DNA of 64,000 bases from Microthyrium microscopicum. Its lineage: Eukaryota. The stretch spans positions 570,576 through 634,575 of the forward strand of contig MU004236.1 of the NCBI GenBank assembly GCA_010405405.1, in the 5' to 3' direction. Within the stretch, counting starts at the first letter, position 1. Each line of letters starts with the position of its first letter. Position numbers and translations under genes: made by a program. The notes below the pieces were generated by a model that did no database searches, was not told where the DNA came from, and was given only the letters and a program-made list of their open reading frames with translations. Positions 24,412 through 37,842 of the stretch are shown in pieces.

Positions 24412-25371
24412 CTATTCCTGCTGGAAAGTCTCACCCTCTTCACCTTGCTCCGCATCCCGTTGCTGCTGAGCTGCCTGTTGAGCAGCAAGGGCCTTTGCGC
24501 CATAATCCTGACTCATAGGCTGGACAATTGGCTGCTCATCCTTTGGCTCGATGATGGTGACGGAATCTGGAAGAGTCTTTTGTGGTCCAGCCTTGCCTTC
24601 TGGGTCGGATCCGCGCATAATCTTGACCTTGATACCAAGCACACCTTGACGAAGTAGAACGTGACGAGTGGCGTGGTCGATGAAGTCCTTAGCTGGCTGA
24701 CCAGAGTGGATCATGAATCCGTCCTAAGCACATGTTAACAAAGCATCCATCGTCTTCTGCGCAATTGATCTTACGGTGAACTTCATGCTCTTGGCACGGG
24801 CCGCTCTGAGCTTTCCGCTGACAACAACCTCGCAACCTTTGGCACCACTCTCCATAATGAAGCGTAGCACACCATAGCATGCACGACGGACAGCAAGACC
24901 GTTGAGAAGCTTATAGCGGAGGGATTCGCACTGGGCGACGGCGGAGAGACCACGGTTTTGGACTTTGGCGGCGTAAAGTGTGACGGAGTTATCGGGGAAC
25001 TTGAACCGCTTCTGAATGAGAGAAGTGAGTTCGCGAATGCGACGGCCTTGCTCTCCGAGAACTTCCTGCGTGTGGGTTGCGCGGATGATGATGTCGGTGA
25101 CGGTAGGAGTAACGCGGACCTCGACACCAGAGTAGCCCTCCTCGGCGAGTTCGCGTTGGAAGAATTCGTTGAGTTCGGCGTAGAAGACACCATCTGAGGA
25201 CTAGGTATTAGTATTTTTGGCACAGTAGTCGTCGTCGCATAGAAGCGATTGAATCTTGTGGGTGAACATACCAGCTACGAACTTTCTCCGCTTGGACCTG
25301 GGCATTGTTAGACAGATTATGAGGATGAAGAGTTTTGGAGAAACGTACATAGCACCACTTGCAGCAGCCAT
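24412..25371 (-). CDS. RPS3: 40S ribosomal protein S3 (uS3), 4 exons
   Basis: [115 protein letters not shown]. Confidence 0.97.
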
Positions 25372-25687
25372 GATTGCGATCGGTGGATAGAAGGGATTTT
25401 GGTTAAGTGGACTGAGGGAGTGAGTTGAGCGTTCTATGTCAAGATTAAGTTGCTGTTGGTGGGCATTTTTGGATTGTCGTTGTGGGGGAAGGCGATTGGT
25501 GTTGATTAGATTGATTAGATCAGATGGCAACTTAGCTTTGATTAGATAACCTCTCATATGCTCATCCCAACCCCCAGTCAAGGCCGAGGTTCAACATTTC
25601 CATAAGTTTTTACCTACTGACACTTATGCAATGATTACAATAATCAGATACTGAAACCAATTCACAGACGACCTTCCTCAGCGCAAC

Positions 25688-26863
25688 ATGGCTAAAGACG
25701 ACGCCTCCATACCCGCCTGGCAACGCGCCTCCGCTAGTCCAAGTCAAGCAGCACCAGAAGATGGCAAAGGCCAGACGTTGAAAGAAGCCGAAGAGTCTGA
25801 CATGCCAGAGTTTGACTTCAAGGACTCTGATGGAATGTCGGTACCTCCGACACGCGAGGAAGCTGCAAAGTTTCTACAACATCCAGGAACTGAGAAAGCC
25901 GGGGCTGAGGAAAAGATCAGATTCCTCGAAGTCAAAGGCGTAAAACAGGATGATATTGAGGCACTTATACCGGAAGCTCAGGAATACTTTCAAGCAGTAA
26001 GATTAGTATCATCTCAAGCTATGCAACAATGGCTAACGCTGTGATAGGAACAGCAGAGAGAGGCTGCCGAGCTTGCGCGAGAGTCGGAACCGCAATCAAG
26101 ACCACAGTCAATACCAGAAGCTCGACGCGACGTCCCTCCACTCGTAACATATCCCGAGTTTCTTGTACAGAGGCAAAAGCCAGCACCACTTATCACCACA
26201 AACTTCCTTCTCAATACCATGTATGGCACTGTCGGAGCCATTGCTGGCATGTACGGTCTATCGAAATACTATCTCCAACCTATGCACCAGGAGCTATCAG
26301 AAGCGCGACATGAGTTCTTTGGACATGCCTCATCCAAACTCGATGATCTTACCGAAAAACTCTCCAAAGTAACGACCTTGCCCCCCAAGAACAAGCCGCA
26401 CGACGATAAAGACGCTAACGGGAGTGATAATGAATCTGACGGATCTGATGGCGATCCAACTGAGCTATTTCATCGAGACATTGGTGTCCAAACATCACCG
26501 TCTCTTTCTAGGCCACAGTCCTCTTGGTCGATCGCCGACTCACAAGAGGGTACAGCTCCAGATCCTCTATCTCTACAAACATCTCGAATTGCTTCTTTGG
26601 CATCGCAAATCCGAAATCTAGAGCAATCGCGAACCGCCAGTGGAGGTAAAGAGAAGGACATCAGCGATCAACTAGGCACATTCAGCACATATTTGAATGA
26701 GCTGATGTACTCGAGCCCATACTACTCGTATAAAAACACCGTTCCGACCTGGAACAATACTTCCTCTACTCCAAGCGACGAGTTCGATCGATTACGGCAA
26801 GAGATCCGTTCAATGAAAGGCGTTATGTTAAGCGCAAGGAATTTCCCAAGAAGAGGCACATGA
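25688..26863 (+). CDS. Peroxin Pex14/17 (Pex33)-like, 2 exons
   Basis: Pex14_N-like REEAAKFLQHP...EEKIRFLEVKGV; PPLVTYPEFL; TM-like segment; DPTELFHRDIGVQTS; C-terminal EIRSMKGVMLSARNFP. Confidence 0.8.
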
Positions 26864-26966
26864 ATCACAAATGAATAAACGATCAGATGAACAATTTTTC
26901 GGTCATGACATGTCATACTGCATTGCAGTGATAATGATTCAACACTATGTCTAAGGTTATGTATGC

Positions 26967-28212
26967 TCAACCAATGATGGGTGCTACAGCCTTCATGAAC
27001 AAGGAAGCACCTGGAGAAGTGAAGATTCCCGTTTGCGCCGTTTGGTACAATGGGTAGTTTTGCTCGAATGCACCAGCAGCCCACATTGTCACACCCATAA
27101 AGACGTCGGAGTTGGCACTGTCATTGGGTTAGTCAAGGTACGAACAGACGTTGGTGTGACTACTTACTTGACAGCGGTCAATTCCTGTGTAACGGATGAG
27201 ATGCAGTCTGGTGTGTTACCACCACCGGTTTCAAGCAACATTGCCTTACGGCCATTGTTTCGCAACCAAGTGGCTACATAGTTGACGTTGCCTGCACCTG
27301 TGACAGCTTGCGCGGCTGGGCAGCTTGTGGCAGTTCCGCTCATGTCGGCATCCAGATATTGGTGCATGGTGAACACCTGCGAAACAGTCAGATCAAGATT
27401 AGAAAATGAGAACCACTTTTTGCTTACCAGTTTGTCAGTTCCACCGGCGGGATCGGTGACTTTAAGTAGACTTGGACCGCTTTCATTGGGGAATGCGCCC
27501 AGAGACGAGTAGCTGGTTCCTGGGATGAATATGGTGTTGGCATTGGCACCGGCACCACGAATTTCGTTGACAGTGGCTTGGACGGTGTTGGCCCAGGTTC
27601 CAATGTTAAGGTCGTGGGGTTCATTCATGAGATCGAATGCGACCTTGGGGTTGTTGGCATATTTGCCAGCGAGAGTAGCCCAGAAGTGAGCGAATTGGGC
27701 GTCTGTTGGTCCACCTTGACCAACGATTCCACCGTTGTATCGCGCATAGTTGTGACTATCAAAATCAGTTTTTTTGTCCACCAACAGCCCGCACTGTCTA
27801 TAACTTACACATCTACGATACACATTCCAGCTCCAGAGCTGAGGCATTGCTGCACCAACTGGTCGTAAGCTGCCCAGTTATTGGGATCTAGGACGCTCGG
27901 GTCGCCGTTGTTGGTAAGATATGTCCATCCGACTGGAAGACGGAAAGTGTTCATCCCAGCCTGAACGAATTGAGTCATTTGCGCGGCACCAGTGCCTCCT
28001 GCAACATCTACGGATGGCGATCCACTAGGACAGGCGCCTTGTTGATTTGTACAGAAATCGAACCCGGCAATGTTGACACCGGCGAACTGGACCTTCCCGC
28101 CACCAACTTTGGTATATGTAGTTGGAGGGCCATACGCAATCGGCGCCGCGATGGCTGAGATTGCGAGGCTTGCCGTCAAGGCAGTTTGAAATAGCTTGCT
28201 CCAGGCATGCAT
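26967..28212 (-). CDS. Secreted glycoside hydrolase family 5 endo-beta-1,4-glucanase (GH5_5-like), 4 exons
   Basis: Signal peptide; AGVNIAGFDF, GMNTFRLPVGW, CIVDVHNYARYNG, FDLMNEPH (acid/base Glu), MHQYLD, LLETGGG (nucleophile), WAAGAF. Confidence 0.92.
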
Positions 28213-28991
28213 TTTGAAAGATTTCAAGGAGTGTGATGGTTGAAAAACCTAAAGGAGTGTGGGTATAAAAAAAAGAAGAAGAAACAAGAAACAAGGAGTG
28301 ACAGTCAAAGGACGACCTGAACAAACGTACAACGTGTTGGATCACAGCAGTATCATGGCGGGAGACGACTGGGGGTACTTATGCGATATCTCACGTAGGA
28401 TTAGGGGTGGGGACTTTTCAAACGACATGTACAGAGTAACCACATTGGGAAGATGAAGTTGGCAATGTCACTCTAGTGGCGCGCAAAGGCTCAGGCAAAG
28501 GCTGCAAAGCACTGCCAAAGCACACAGTTTGAGCCTGCTCCAGCTGGTCTCAGCAATGCCCAACACCAACACCAACAGAAGGGTGACTAGCATCCGCAGT
28601 TAGCTGCATATTCTAGAGGGGTCTTGACCTGTTCCTGAAATCTCGACGCATCTCAGTTGGGGAAATGATTGGCCGCGAGGCAGTGTCAGCCAACCAGTCG
28701 CGCCGGAGAAGCAGTTGGAGAGCCAAAAGTGGAATTAACTGGACCCTGGGAGTGATATGCCCCTTTGCCGCGGCCGTGTAGCCTATCGATATCTAGCTTC
28801 TTAGTGGGCACTCACTTTCTGCTTTGAGACTGATGCGAATGATTGCAAGCCGTTGACTGTGAGCCGCGCATCTTGCACCTGCATAAGGCCCTCATGGACC
28901 CCCTGCAGCCTTTGTTTCAACCCCTAAAGTCGCCAAAGCAAGCATTAAATCCAACTCTCCCTTTCCACTCTGCAGCCACTGACCATCCCCC

Positions 28992-30510
28992 ATGGACCGC
29001 CAGCCGGATCAGCAGCGCGATAAGAAACAAGCTTTCTCTAGGGGGGCGTCTCGTCAAAGTCGCCACAGCCAAAGTCCTACTTGTAATTCAGACGACAATC
29101 GCGGGGATGGCTCTGATTCCGCCCGTCCCCGTCGGCGCAGAAGAGTCGTTCGACGGCATCATCGCCATCGTCGCAGACCAAGTACAGATAATGCGAGTCA
29201 TACTGAAAAGCGGGACATCTACGACAGTGATACAACCTCTGTAAGACAAGGTAGGGACGCAAGGCATAGAATTCGGAAAGATCACAACGACCCCCAACAT
29301 GTTGGTGTTGGTGGTGGCTCAAGGTTGGGCGGTGCACATCGTTCTCGTAATTCGTCCACCCATAAAAGTAGTAAGGAACGGAGTCTAGTCCCATGGCAGA
29401 CACCAACTCCAAAGAACTCGCTGGCTACCAAGCGGCGTGACCGGTTATTTGGTCATTTTAGATCTCCTTCAGGCAAAGAAAACTCTTCGAAGGACGCGAC
29501 TTCATCCCAGCACGGGCCGAGCCCAGGTCGTAAGAAGGATGAGTGGATCAACGAGCTTAAAGCCACGTTGCTGGGATTGGCGATCGAGCTGGTTCTGAAA
29601 GAAGTTCAACGACTTTTCGGAGTGGAACGAACCAAACCTAAACCAGATGACAAATCTGGCACCAAACAAGAACCAACTCACACAAAAATTGCATCTGAAA
29701 TTTTGAAGAAACTAACTCATGAGAGCGCATCAGATCATACAGAGCGCGCTCCAAATGGTGATACGAGAGAAGTTGGGGAATCTTCCACAGCTCCCTCTCG
29801 CCCCCACAACTCCACTTCTGAACACCTCCGAAATACTGATATCAGTGGATATATTGAAGACTACGTCCGCCGCGAAGTGAGGCGACAGTTGAATGAAATG
29901 GGCTTTATCACTCACGACGATGATCATTTACACCGTGAAGACGCCCAAGGACGTGGGCGTTCTCATCAATATTCCCGAAGAAATGCAGTAAGATTATGAT
30001 ATTTCCACGATTCCACTGATGATAGCTGAAATGACCTCGTCTCAGGTACCAGCTCGGCCATCGAGATCATTAACGCCACCAAGACACAAAAGAGGCGAAT
30101 CTCCCATTTCAGTTCGACGACTTCGAGAGCGGGAACGGGAACAAGAGACTGGTGTTTTACGAAGCATCTCTCGCCATGAGCGTAGGTATGGTGATTCATC
30201 TGATGCAGAACAGAGACCTCGTACGATCACTTCGCGACGTGTACAACAATTCGATACAGATCGTGACAGTTATTCTTCTAGTCCTTCAAGTTCCAGTTAT
30301 TCTAGCGATGAAGCAAGAAGTCGTCGCAGAGGTTCAACTAGACCCCGGCCAACTCGTGAACGCGCCAAATCAGCAAGTCCAGCTCGCAGGCGAAGAAAAA
30401 ATGAAAAATCCTCATGGGTTCCCATTGATGTCGCGAGTGCTGCCGTAGAACGATATTTTGGCGCAAAAAAAGATTCGAAACAAAAGTCGAAACATTCAAG
30501 GCGCCCATGA
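28992..30510 (+). CDS. Hypothetical Arg/Ser-rich low-complexity protein, probably one 2-exon gene
   Basis: 335-aa ORF and 163-aa ORF separated by GTAAGA...CTGATGATAG (~29988-30025), which looks like an intron. No recognisable domain. Confidence 0.55.
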
Positions 30511-30747
30511 GTAAATCTGTACAAGAAGGCATATTGCAAACTTTGTTTGTTTCATTATTTCACAAAATACCTCTTCTAGAACATGAAGAACAATTGGATG
30601 CTCTTTCAAGATCTACAATCTTCCCTGTACTCTTTAGCCGTCCTGGTGAAACATATTCCAACTACCCGCAATCCCAAAGATCCTGCATGTCTATCATAGT
30701 TCGCTGACATAGTCTCACAGGCAATTTCAACCTTAAGCTAAACAAAT

Positions 30748-32217
30748 TCAAGATTTCTTTTTCGCAATCAAATTCTTCAACAACAAACCTTTTCCGCTCA
30801 ACAATTCAGCATCTGGCCTTGGACCCAGCTTGTACCGCGCTTTGTCCCGTTCCTCAGACATCATCTTGTTGACAAAAGCCTCGAAATTACCATTCATCTC
30901 AGACAGGCCTTGTGCGCACCAATCACACAATTTCAAACCACAACCATTTGCCTTTTCGTCCCGTGGATCCAGTTTGTTGCCAAATCCATCATGATGCCGT
31001 TTCGCCTGGCACGTATGTATTGCCAAATTGGGGCAGACTGAGCACCAAACATCCGATTCTTTCATCTCGTTACGGAGCAGCCGACTGAAAGCCGCTTGAT
31101 ACTGAGACCGAGATGCTTTGGACATGTGCATGGCGCCTGGAATCTCTTTGATGTCGTGTCTGCGTGGACACGCTATGATACTGATGCGGGTTTCGCAGCA
31201 GTCAAGACACATTTTGCTCGGTGGATGGCCTACGGATCGATTTCCGGAATTGTCGCTGGCTTCGTGCCATTGGAGACCGTCTGCTGTTGGACGGACTGTG
31301 ACGTTTGTTTTGAAGCCTGGCATGAGGACGCCGTAGCTGGTGTGCATGCACCACTTGCAGTCTGCGCTGCGGCAGAAGAAAGATACTGGATGCGCAAGGC
31401 CGGTGTTGACGGAAATGCTCGGTAGACTGGTATCCTCTGGCTCCTCTGCTGCACTGTCCTCGCTTTCCTCTGAGCTGTCGGTACTAGTAGACATCTCGGC
31501 TCCCTTTGTTGTTGCTTTTGATTTGCCTTTGTTGGCTGCGCCGAGTTTTCTTTTGACGTCCCTCAGACCCAGGAAGGTACATGCAATATCCGCATCAGCG
31601 CATGATTCACATGGCGGCTCGTCAGACCATTCTTTCAAGGAACATTCCTCTTCAGCGAGCCGGCATTCAGTGCAAGTTTTGAATTTGCGAGTCCTGGACT
31701 CATCGCCTGATGGCTTTTTCCGCTTGCGCTTCTTCTCAGGATGAGGATTGAATGTGCCGGATTTGTCTTCATCGTAGTATGAGATTGGGACGTTCTTGAT
31801 ACGTTTGCGCAGGCGCTCTTTGACATTAAACCAATTATCTTCGCCTTCCTCGCCTCGGTATTTGTCGATGTCCTCGTCGTCTTCGGATCCAAATAGGTCC
31901 TCAATTCCAAATCCAGTGTCATCGTCATCTTCCAGTGTTTCGAAGACGTCTTGCTTCTCGAGATCGTCTTCGCTATCAGGTCTCTCAGAGCTAAGACTAC
32001 TGGAATAGTCGATGTTGGCTACATCGTCTTCGGCATCGTTGACTTGATCTGCTTTGGAGCTCTTGGTGGGGATCTTTGCGGAACCCGGGATCGTAACTTT
32101 GTGTTGGTCCTGATCGTCTGGCTCTGGAAGTCCAAAGATACTCGTAGGCTGGCCAGCCATAATGGCACTGTCACCACTTGAAAGCCCGTCCTGGTTATGC
32201 TCTGGGATGTTGTTCAT
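30748..32217 (-). CDS. Hypothetical nuclear protein with Zn2Cys6-like finger and Cys-rich C-terminal region
   Basis: 489-aa open frame; acidic N-terminus, KKRKRKK NLS-like, CTECRLAEEECSL...PPCESCADADIAC, then several CxxC pairs (CKWC, CLDC, CSVC, CDWC) and RPDAELL. Confidence 0.75.
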   Translation of the reverse strand: MNNIPEHNQDGLSSGDSAIMAGQPTSIFGLPEPDDQDQHKVTIPGSAKIPTKSSKADQVNDAEDDVANIDYSSSLSSERPDSEDDLEKQDVFETLEDDDDTGFGIEDLFGSEDDEDIDKYRGEEGEDNWFNVKERLRKRIKNVPISYYDEDKSGTFNPHPEKKRKRKKPSGDESRTRKFKTCTECRLAEEECSLKEWSDEPPCESCADADIACTFLGLRDVKRKLGAANKGKSKATTKGAEMSTSTDSSEESEDSAAEEPEDTSLPSISVNTGLAHPVSFFCRSADCKWCMHTSYGVLMPGFKTNVTVRPTADGLQWHEASDNSGNRSVGHPPSKMCLDCCETRISIIACPRRHDIKEIPGAMHMSKASRSQYQAAFSRLLRNEMKESDVWCSVCPNLAIHTCQAKRHHDGFGNKLDPRDEKANGCGLKLCDWCAQGLSEMNGNFEAFVNKMMSEERDKARYKLGPRPDAELLSGKGLLLKNLIAKKKS

Positions 32218-33938
32218 GGTATGTATAGTAGATTCTTCAAGTCCGTCGATATGCCAAAGGTTTTGTTTGTGGGCATAAAGTCAGATTATGTCCAAGGTTG
32301 AAAGCCTCATGTGCGCCTAGTGTGGATCTGACGGCCTGAGGCAGGTGTAACTTCCGTGCTAGAATTGAGGTTTGGGAGCCTAGTAGAGGTAGGAGGGGGA
32401 TGGCCTGTAGTCAACAAGGGCGCGCTTTCTTACATGGAGGTGAAAGATATTAATGGCATTCGTTAGTTTGACTCCGAGTTTGTGTTTGTTGTGCGCTTGG
32501 CCTCGCTGGTTCTGATATTTTATATTCCAAACAAATTTGGAGGGTACCTTCCCATATCAGAAGCTTCGTTTGAGCGAGAGCTTACTCATAACAGTATCAT
32601 CACCTGAGATCTCTGGTTTTGGTCATCGAAACATTCGAGCTATACTTGCTGATACGTTAGCGGCAGCGGAATCGATCTTGTCTGACAGAAGCACATAACT
32701 TCGAAGCGCTATGGCCAATTCCCTCCTTCCGAATGGGCATCGACAGAGTATTGGTCTTGAGCACTTTACGTGAACAGACAGAACTGATCAGTACTGAGGA
32801 CCGTCGAACTAGCAGTTCAAATGCAGTGTTCCTACAACGGCATTAGCTTCCAGCAGCGCTACTCAAGAAAGGATACTCTACTCCCCATCTAACTCGGTAA
32901 ACCATCAGGATCTGAACGTCCTTCTTGAGAGATAGAGTACTCGATGAACACGCCTGCTGGATAAGAAGCCTTGTAAATAATGGAAAAACCCAAGCCAAGG
33001 AGTTCACCTGTTCTGAAGCCCGGGAGCCTGCTGCCACTTAACTCGCCTCTCTCGTTTCTAGAACAGCGCCTCCGGTTGATTTGGCTCTCATTGTTTCCAG
33101 AAATTGAAACCCGGCCACTGGAATTTCTAGTGCCTATTTAGCAGTGGTTGTCCTTCAAAGATATTAGAGCAGATGGAGTGATGTTTTGCGCATGGTTAGG
33201 CTGGCCATCCAGATGCACTTATCAGATTACGGTGATACTAAACCATATCCACAGTAACCAGTACATCACAGTTTCTGTCTACCGTCTGGGAATGCTCTTA
33301 TACGGAAGAGACTTCCATACTTTGTTGTCACTACGAGAGTCAACCGATAATATTTGGTTTCGTCTAAGCAGGGCGCAATGTGCGGCTCAATATTCTACCC
33401 AACACATGCAGAAGAGGCTTTATGAAGGCTGATCTGGCCCATCCAGCAAGGCATAAATTTGAGGCTGACCAAATTCTCTATGGTGTTCATCAGGCTAAAT
33501 TTTCAGAACATGCACCACCTGTCCTCTCCATGTGGAAGATTGCAACATAAATGAGTATATACGATCTTGCAACACATCATTGGGCCATCGAAGATTCGAC
33601 CTGTCTCTGAAAACGAGCTGTCCAAGATATGCAACATCGTCCGCAAGCGGCCATATTATATAGGTAGGGAATCGAGGCATGAGGACGCACTCAGCGACAG
33701 TTTATCTTCATTCTTCATGTCTATGACGAATCTCAGCCTCATGAGAGAGCCTCATGAGCTAACGCATCTCCTTTGTCAAATCGGAGCGACGCTCGAAGCA
33801 GTCACAAGTTGGGATCACGAGATTTCTTCACATTCAATAATACTCCTGGAACAGTGGTGCCAGGGTGACATCGCCTAGCTCTTGCACAGTTCTAAAAACC
33901 TCGCTTTTGCCTTGAGTCGACCATTGAGTTTCTTTCCT

Positions 33939-34370
33939 ATGCTTGCCATCACGCTGCTCATCCTCTTCAAGAAATCCGCCGCAATCTACTGCAAGAATCA
34001 CAATTGGCTTTGCCTTATCAACAGCCTGGACTGCGGTCCGAACTGCACAGACGGAGTTTCCATGTGCGATCTCGACACCTGAGTGTGTCTGAACGACAAA
34101 TTCAGCGGATGTTCCAGCACGACTCCAGCCATGGTAGCAACTACGGCCGCTGCTCCTACCCAGGTTGTGCAACAGACACAGATAGTCATTCAGAATTCAG
34201 TCACGGTAACCCAGAACGCGTCTCAAGATCCAGTCACTGTAACAACAGCTCCAAGTGCGGCGTCTCAATCAAACTCGAAGAGTATGATACTCGCTCCGGG
34301 CGGCTTCATTTTGCCCTTTGAAATGCTCCTCTTGCTTGATCTTTCACCGGGGGTTTTGTGCATGTGGTAG
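33939..34370 (+). pseudogene. Small secreted or GPI-anchored-like Cys + Thr/Ser-rich ORF interrupted by one in-frame TGA (34080-34082)
   Basis: ORFs 33882..34082 and 34083..34370 share a frame. Joined they read: hydrophobic N-terminus, 7-Cys region, Thr/Ser/Ala-rich stalk, hydrophobic C-terminus. Confidence 0.45.
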
Positions 34371-35589
34371 GGTGCTCCTTACGACGATGGTTTTACGAGT
34401 TGCTGTAGGCCAGATTGGCGCAGGCAAAGCGACGAAATGGTTTTAGACGGCGTGATTCCATCAGCTTCACACACGGAGGGTTCAATAAGTAGGTAGTGAT
34501 GACAAATCGGAATCTTGTTTAGTGTGGATCTGGAACAGCCTGATAGCTTGTAGCAGCTGCAGGTTTTCCTGGTTTGATATCCAACCTCTTCTTTCTCGGT
34601 CTCGGCTGGTCAGCCTCGCAACTTGCAGAATGATATTATGCTCTAACCCGCGTTCATGAAATCATTGGTATAAGCTTGTTCCATGTTTCTCTGCTGACAA
34701 TCGAAGATATGATCGTGCTTGTGGTAATTGAATAATTGGAATAGTGTCGGGAAGGGTGCTGTCACGCTTCAAATCAGAATATCTCTACCCCAAGCTTCCA
34801 GAAGAGCGTAGCTTAGCAATAACTTGGCTACCTGACTACTGCGCTCAGCAAAAGCTTGACTCTTTCAAGCTCTGGATTAAAGACGAGTATGCAATAATTG
34901 TCGAATGAGGGAGGCGCGATCGACCACGCAACCCAACGTTCCAGACTGCTCTCCAGATTCCCAACAGATGTATTCCCACTACTGCATGAACGATTTCGTA
35001 AGGCAGCTCCAAAGGTGGGACATGTTTGGCCCCGGCATCAAAAGCTGGGCAATGAGATGATGCTCGCAAGGCACAAGGGCCCTTCAGACTGTTGTGGAAG
35101 GTACCTCGTACCCAACGTTGCATTGATCAAGCTGTCATTGACGAAAGTGGCTTGTCTATGAGCTCCCAGGTCCCCACGTCAACCTTCCAGAATTTCGGTC
35201 AGATTTTGCAGAATTTCGAGTAGTTACTGTAGTTCCAAATTGGTTCATTGAGCCCCCTTCCAATGGAGCAATGCACGTGGGAAGGTAGAGCGAAAATGCG
35301 GTTAGGCGGATGCATCCGTTCACGCCTTCGGATCCTGCCCCTCCCTCCATCATCCTTCCCCAACTCCAACAACACGGATACTATGGATATGCTAGGGATT
35401 ATTCCTGCTCCTTGGAGCACAATAAATGCAAGAGCCGACATGTACCTCCGGTGATCAACGCTCATCCATGAGCAACCTGCTTACCGGGTAGGATGCTGTC
35501 GTCGAGCTACAAAAACCGGGCAATGTCCCCTGGCTTAGAGACAACCGTAAGCGGAGTCGTTTTCAAAATTTGTGCAAGAAATTAAAGTC

Positions 35590-37311
35590 ATGATCTTTGA
35601 AATAGCTCTCGTTTTCGCCAGTATTGGCTGTGCCCAAGCCTCTTGGATTGATGGTGCATGGCTAGGAAAGCGACAGGCTACAGCGACCAGCGCTTCCAGC
35701 ACCGCTACGCCAGCATATTTCCAAACTGTGCCAGAACTTCTTGCTGGTAGGTAGAAACAGCATCATGTTATTTGACTCTCCTCTAACAGCTCCATAGGAC
35801 CCACGCCGACAGGAGATGCTCCATTTCTTCCAGAATACAACCCAGCACCATTTCCATCAGTGTCATACATTCCACCACAACCTCTGGAAACTCAAGTACC
35901 AATCTCTGGAAATACTGCAAACAACAATATCTTTCAACTGTTTGGCCAGCTGAGTCATTATTTTGCCAATCCTACAGGATTTGGTGCAAATGAATATCGC
36001 CTTCCTGCAGGAGCCAACATTTCGGCCGTCTATACTCTACATCGCCATGGAAGCAGATACCCAACAACAGGCAGTGGAGCTCCAACTACTGGTGCGAAGA
36101 TTATCAATGCTACAGGAACATTCAACGCCACTGGTTCGCTGGCATTCTTGAACACCTGGAAATATCAGCTCGGCGCTGAAATTCTGGTTCCAATCGGCAA
36201 GCAGGAACTGTTTGATAGTGGTGTCTCTCACTACTACAACTACGGACATTTGTATCCTAACAATGGCTCCAAGATCATTGTTCGATCAACAACTCAAGAC
36301 CGTATGACTCAGTCTGCTGAGTACTTCTTGGCCGGATTCTTTGGCCTAACATGGACCCAAAATGCTACTCTAGAGCTCATCATTGAACAGAATGGATTCA
36401 ACAACAGTTTGGCCGGATATTATGATTGCCCAAATAATAACAATGCCACCTTGGCCTATGGTAACCTTGCTTTGACCCAATGGTCAAACATCTACCTTGC
36501 CAACGCCACTTCCCGAATCAACTCTATGATCAGTGGAAAACTAAACTTTACTGTATCCGATGTCTACAATATGCAATCTCTCTGTGCTTATGAGACTGTC
36601 GCTCTTGGTTACTCTCCGTTCTGTGGTTTATTCACCTATGACGAATGGCAAGGATATGAATATTCTGTTGATATCAACTTCTACGGAAACAACATGTTCG
36701 GTGGTCCTTCTTCCCGAGGAACTGGTATCGGTTGGGTCTTGGAGACCGTTGCTCGAATTCAGCACAAGTTCGTTTCTAGTGCTCAGGGACCACTCAATTA
36801 TACCCTTGACAGCATGGCCAGCACATTCCCAACAAATCAAGCTTTGAACTTTGACTTCACCCACGACACCAACATTGCAGCAATTCTGACAGCTTTCGGC
36901 CTCACTCAATTCGCTCCTTTCTTGCCAGCCACCGCAATCCAGAACAACCGCTCCTTGATCGTTTCACACATGGAGCCATTCGGCGCTCGTCTTGACATCG
37001 AGATCATCCAAGCACCAAAGCCAGTCTCAGCATCCCGCAATGGTACCGCTGCAACGGATTATGCAAGTGGCAACGCCACAACCTACGTGCACTTCCTCTT
37101 GAACCAGCGTACCATCCCACTTGGCGCCAGCTGGTCACAATGTGGAAACCGAACGGATGGTTGGTGCGAAATGGGAGCTTTCTTGAACACCATGTCGACC
37201 AAATTCACCGAGAGCCAGTTCCAATACGCTTGCTTCGGAAGTTACCCTAACGTCACCTACTCCGCCAGTGGAGTAACAAATGGTGTTCCTCAGGTCCCTC
37301 AAAAGAAGTAG
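35590..37311 (+). CDS. Secreted histidine acid phosphatase / 3-phytase-like, 2 exons
   Basis: Signal peptide, KR|Q Kex2-like site, YFQTVPELLAGPTPTG, catalytic RHGSRYP and THD motifs, many N-glycosylation sequons. Confidence 0.93.
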
Positions 37312-37842
37312 ATTTGACGATTTGAAGTTTGTTGACATATTTAATGCATAATGCCTAATCACGCTCATTCATATAGATCTGTATATATCGTTGCTATATC
37401 AAATACATACCAAAATGGTTGAATTCCCCGGTTTTGCACGTGTACTTGCAAACTCGGCATCAATGTCGTGCAGTCCTGAACAGACAATGCCCAACATAGC
37501 ACGACCCCGTCACGAGATAGATCTCTTTAGGAAATATTGATACCCATCCAGTCGATTGGTACGTGAGTATCTTGTCACTCTCAAGTGAAATCAGCTTGAT
37601 ATCAGGCTGAATTCACAAGGCCAAAGCCAATGCTTTTAGCTATTGGCTGGTTTGTGAAGTGGCTGCCGCCACCAAAAGGCTAATCTCCTACGCGTTGTTG
37701 ATGATGACATGTCAAGAGACGCGTAAAGAAGCTGTAATTTACTATTTGCCCATCTTTACGGCAGTCTTCCTTTCATTCATAGCTCCAGAGCAATTTCGAG
37801 ACTCTAATCAATCAATCGCGACGCGTTTGTCCGAACTCCGGC

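Noticed and set aside
34080..34082. Selenocysteine recoding of the in-frame TGA
   Set aside because: Dikarya are not known to have Sec machinery, and I could not identify a SECIS element.
33148..35465. Short ORFs (33567..33878, 34898..35161, 35248..35454) as genes or transposon relics
   Set aside because: No recognisable domain, terminal repeats or splice pattern; they may be decayed sequence but cannot be supported.
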